Source: Eledone cirrhosa (lineage: Eukaryota). Taken from it: a stretch of DNA of 64,000 nt. The position numbers and the translations under genes were made by a program. The DNA is taken from contig OZ024742.1 in NCBI GenBank assembly GCA_964016885.1, positions 245,024,001 to 245,088,000 on the forward strand, in the 5' to 3' direction. Shown one piece after another: positions 61,345 to 64,000 of the stretch. Below the pieces are notes generated by a model. It searched no databases and had not been told where the DNA came from. It saw nothing but the letters and a program-made list of their open reading frames with translations. Position 1 is the stretch's first letter; every line of letters starts with the position of its first letter.

Positions 61345-61879
61345 GAGATGTGAAAATGGGTATAGCTTTCATTATGAAACATCTCTCCGTTTTGGGACAC
61401 TTTTTTTTCATTTTTTTTCATGGTACTCCCCATTGGGTTTTTAGAGGTTGGCAGGTCTGTATTCCCAAGAGTTTAGCGCGAAGAAAGTTATATATAACTC
61501 TACTTCTGCTTCGCTCCAAACGTACCAGTTTCACTTCGAAATATTTTGTTACATCAGCTTGTCACCTACATAATACAACTACTTGATACTTTCGTTTTAT
61601 ACCCACCTGCAACAACCTACCCTTTTCTTTAAAATGAAATTTTCCAAATCAGTTCTACCATGTTCTTAAATCTACTAGATTCTATCTAAATCTATTCTGT
61701 CCGAATGTTCTCTTAACGTAACATCTACTCCAAGCTCTATTTAAGATTTCTTTACTCTACATTGGTGCTTTTACACTTGGATTATCTGAATATTGAAATA
61801 TCGTAGATAAAGTCACCCTTCCCAACGGTTTTTAAAAATAATATTTGAACCCCGTTTCCCCTTATACCATGTGTATTTA

Positions 61880-62015
61880 TGGATATCTATCGCTGGAAAG
61901 TATCCTTAGTAGAGAGCCTATTACTAGAACAGAAGTCCAATAAGGCCTCCCCATTCGTATTTAGATCGGGGTCGCCGTCTCTTCCAATCACACTTTTCCA
62001 TGTCGGGTTGGTGTT
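61880..62015 (-). pseudogene. RTE endonuclease fragment
   Basis: TWKSVIGRDGDPDLNTNGEALLDFCSSNRL. Confidence 0.65.
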
Positions 62016-62392
62016 AGGACGTGACTCAGTCTTAATTACATCTAACACTGCAGTAACTTCGGTAGAACTTAAAAAATTTATAAGATCGATAGTTGATACA
62101 GGTTCGCAAACGTTGATAAAGACTAGTGACTTGACCATCTAGGAATTGTCACCAAATGTTCCTAATAAAGCTCAAGTCATTCTCTGCTCCTCCTAAGTTT
62201 CTTTCCTGAACAATTTACATTAGGTCGTCAAGTATGAAATTTGTAGTGAGGCATTAACAAAGTTTATTTTTTCTACAAATTTCATAGTTGACGAGCCAAT
62301 ATTTGCTGCGATAGTGTTGGCCTGCATCAACAAGTATTAGAGAGAAGCTCCTGCACCACTTATGACTTTTCCTTTTGTTTCTTTCAGTACTG

Positions 62393-62451
<59 letters not shown>

Positions 62452-62455
<4 letters not shown>

Positions 62456-62705
62456 CGGGTAAAATTTCCGAGATCCATGGACGAGTTCTCTCCAGCGGTC
62501 TCTGTCCCTCATTATCGCTGCCATGTCCTGCGTCTCCAAGAGACCAGTGTCTGTCCTTAGGGCATCAACATATGTCAAGTTCAGTCTCCCTCTTCCAGTG
62601 TGTCCATGCAGGGGCTCCCACAGGAGCACTGAGTGCAGTGTCAACTCTGAATGTCAGTGAGCATGTCCAGCTAACCTCAGTTTCCTCAGTGCTACTCTCG
62701 AGCTG

Positions 62706-62706
<1 letters not shown>
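62452..62706 (-). mobile_element. 3'-terminal fragment of the same RTE family as 15656-18880
   Basis: HGHTGRGRLNLTYVDALRTDTGL..FYPP; 3' end in (TA)n. Confidence 0.88.
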
Positions 62707-62741
<35 letters not shown>

Positions 62742-62984
62742 GAAAGAAATGTATTGTATATCATAAGAAAGCTGGTGGCTAATAAATTAATAAAATAAAA
62801 AATCTCGGTGTGTAAAGCCTTTCATTTTAGTTTTACAAATGAATGATATGAAATAACAGTACTAGTCTAGTTATAAGACTGTATCTGGGAGGTATGCTAT
62901 TTCGTTCCTCTTAGCGGCCAATGGCAACTTCTTTTCCCGTCTCTAAGGGTCTTCACCCTATTTTATAGCATCTTCGCGTATGAG

Positions 62985-63295
62985 CACGCCACAGTTGGGC
63001 GTTTGTCGGTAGCGACGATTTGTGTTCCCGTTGATTCAATCAACTGAACAACCTGCTCGTGAAATTATCTAGCTAGTGACTGAGCATACCACGCATACAC
63101 GTGTACCCTTAAGGTAGTTCTCATGAGGAGGTTTGGCGTAACACATAGTGTAACAAGGCTGCCTCTTTAAATTACAGGTGCAACTAATTTTTTGCCAGCT
63201 GAATGGACTAGGGCCACGTGCAGTAGATTGTCTTGCACAAGGACACAACGTACTGCTGGGAATTGAACTGACAACTCTACTATCCTTAGCTGAAT
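62985..63295 (-). mobile_element. Diverged SINE-like repeat with tRNA-like head
   Basis: Minus-strand head ..gtcagttcaattcccagc..gtgtccttgtgcaagacaatctact; resembles a common cephalopod SINE as recalled, not checked. Confidence 0.55.
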
Positions 63296-63962
63296 ATTGT
63301 TCACGTACATCTAAGAGAATTTGTGGCTAATGCTCTATTACCACTAGGTTAATATTTGTAATTTAGAGCGAATTAAACTACTTTTTACATTATGAAATTG
63401 CAAATCCACGAGAAAACCAGTTTAACGGAAGTGAAAACAGTACGTTATGCTTCCAGATTGCCAAACTAAGATTTTGACAAATTCTCTCTAGGATATATAT
63501 TTTGGATTTCAGAATTTCGGACATTATCCAATGCAGTCTTAGATATTGTTAAGGCAGTAAGGTATGGTTTAAGGAAAATTATTTGCTATTTCTACCATGA
63601 CGTCACTCAGAAACCCTCTTGTTGGTTTGGATTTGTGTATTTACATAAAATAGTGCAGACGATGTATTTATTGCTTGTTTTAGTTATAAGCTGATTTTAT
63701 TTGAGTAATCTTCCTTACTTTTCTTTTTAGGCCTTAAACACCCCATATAGGGAGGGTTTTTGTATTAATTGCATTGAAATTTTCAACACACTATATTGCA
63801 TATCCAAGATCCTATCATAGTTATATTTATTATGCAGGACACTGAAGTATTTTTCTTTAACCATAATTGTTGATATTCATAATCAGCGTCCCTGCATTTT
63901 CTATTTCTGTATATATTTATATTAATAACTTTTACTTAGTTTTGCCTACAGAGTAGAATATG

Positions 63963-64000
63963 TTTCACTGAAGAGGTCTAGTAAGACTGAAACATGTCTG
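63963..64000 (+). ncRNA. Type I hammerhead ribozyme motif (family J), cut by the window edge
   Basis: tttca-CTGAAGA-GGTCT agta AGACT-GAAA-CATG-TC^-tg; canonical GUC site. Confidence 0.78.

Overview
Repeat-saturated, AT-rich animal genomic DNA with no host gene I can support. The SINE types and huge (TA)n tracts suggest an octopus or other cephalopod (inference from recalled repeat sequences). Nearly all short ORFs are microsatellite read-through. The real coding content is retroelement-derived: one young 5'-truncated CR1/L2-group LINE with an intact 898-codon EN-RT frame (516-3212, minus), plus decayed CR1-, RTE-, L1/Tx1-, R4/Dong-, CRE-, Vingi- and Penelope (GIY-YIG)-type elements, tRNA-SINEs, MITEs and a 32-bp minisatellite. 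The least expected signal is about 17 type I hammerhead ribozyme (HHR) motifs, read by eye, from about 10 unrelated short repeat families, mostly set in (TA)n and often in inverted or fold-back arrangements. Many truncation and fold-back breakpoints fall at HHR stem II rather than at the cleavage site. Coordinates of decayed elements are approximate.
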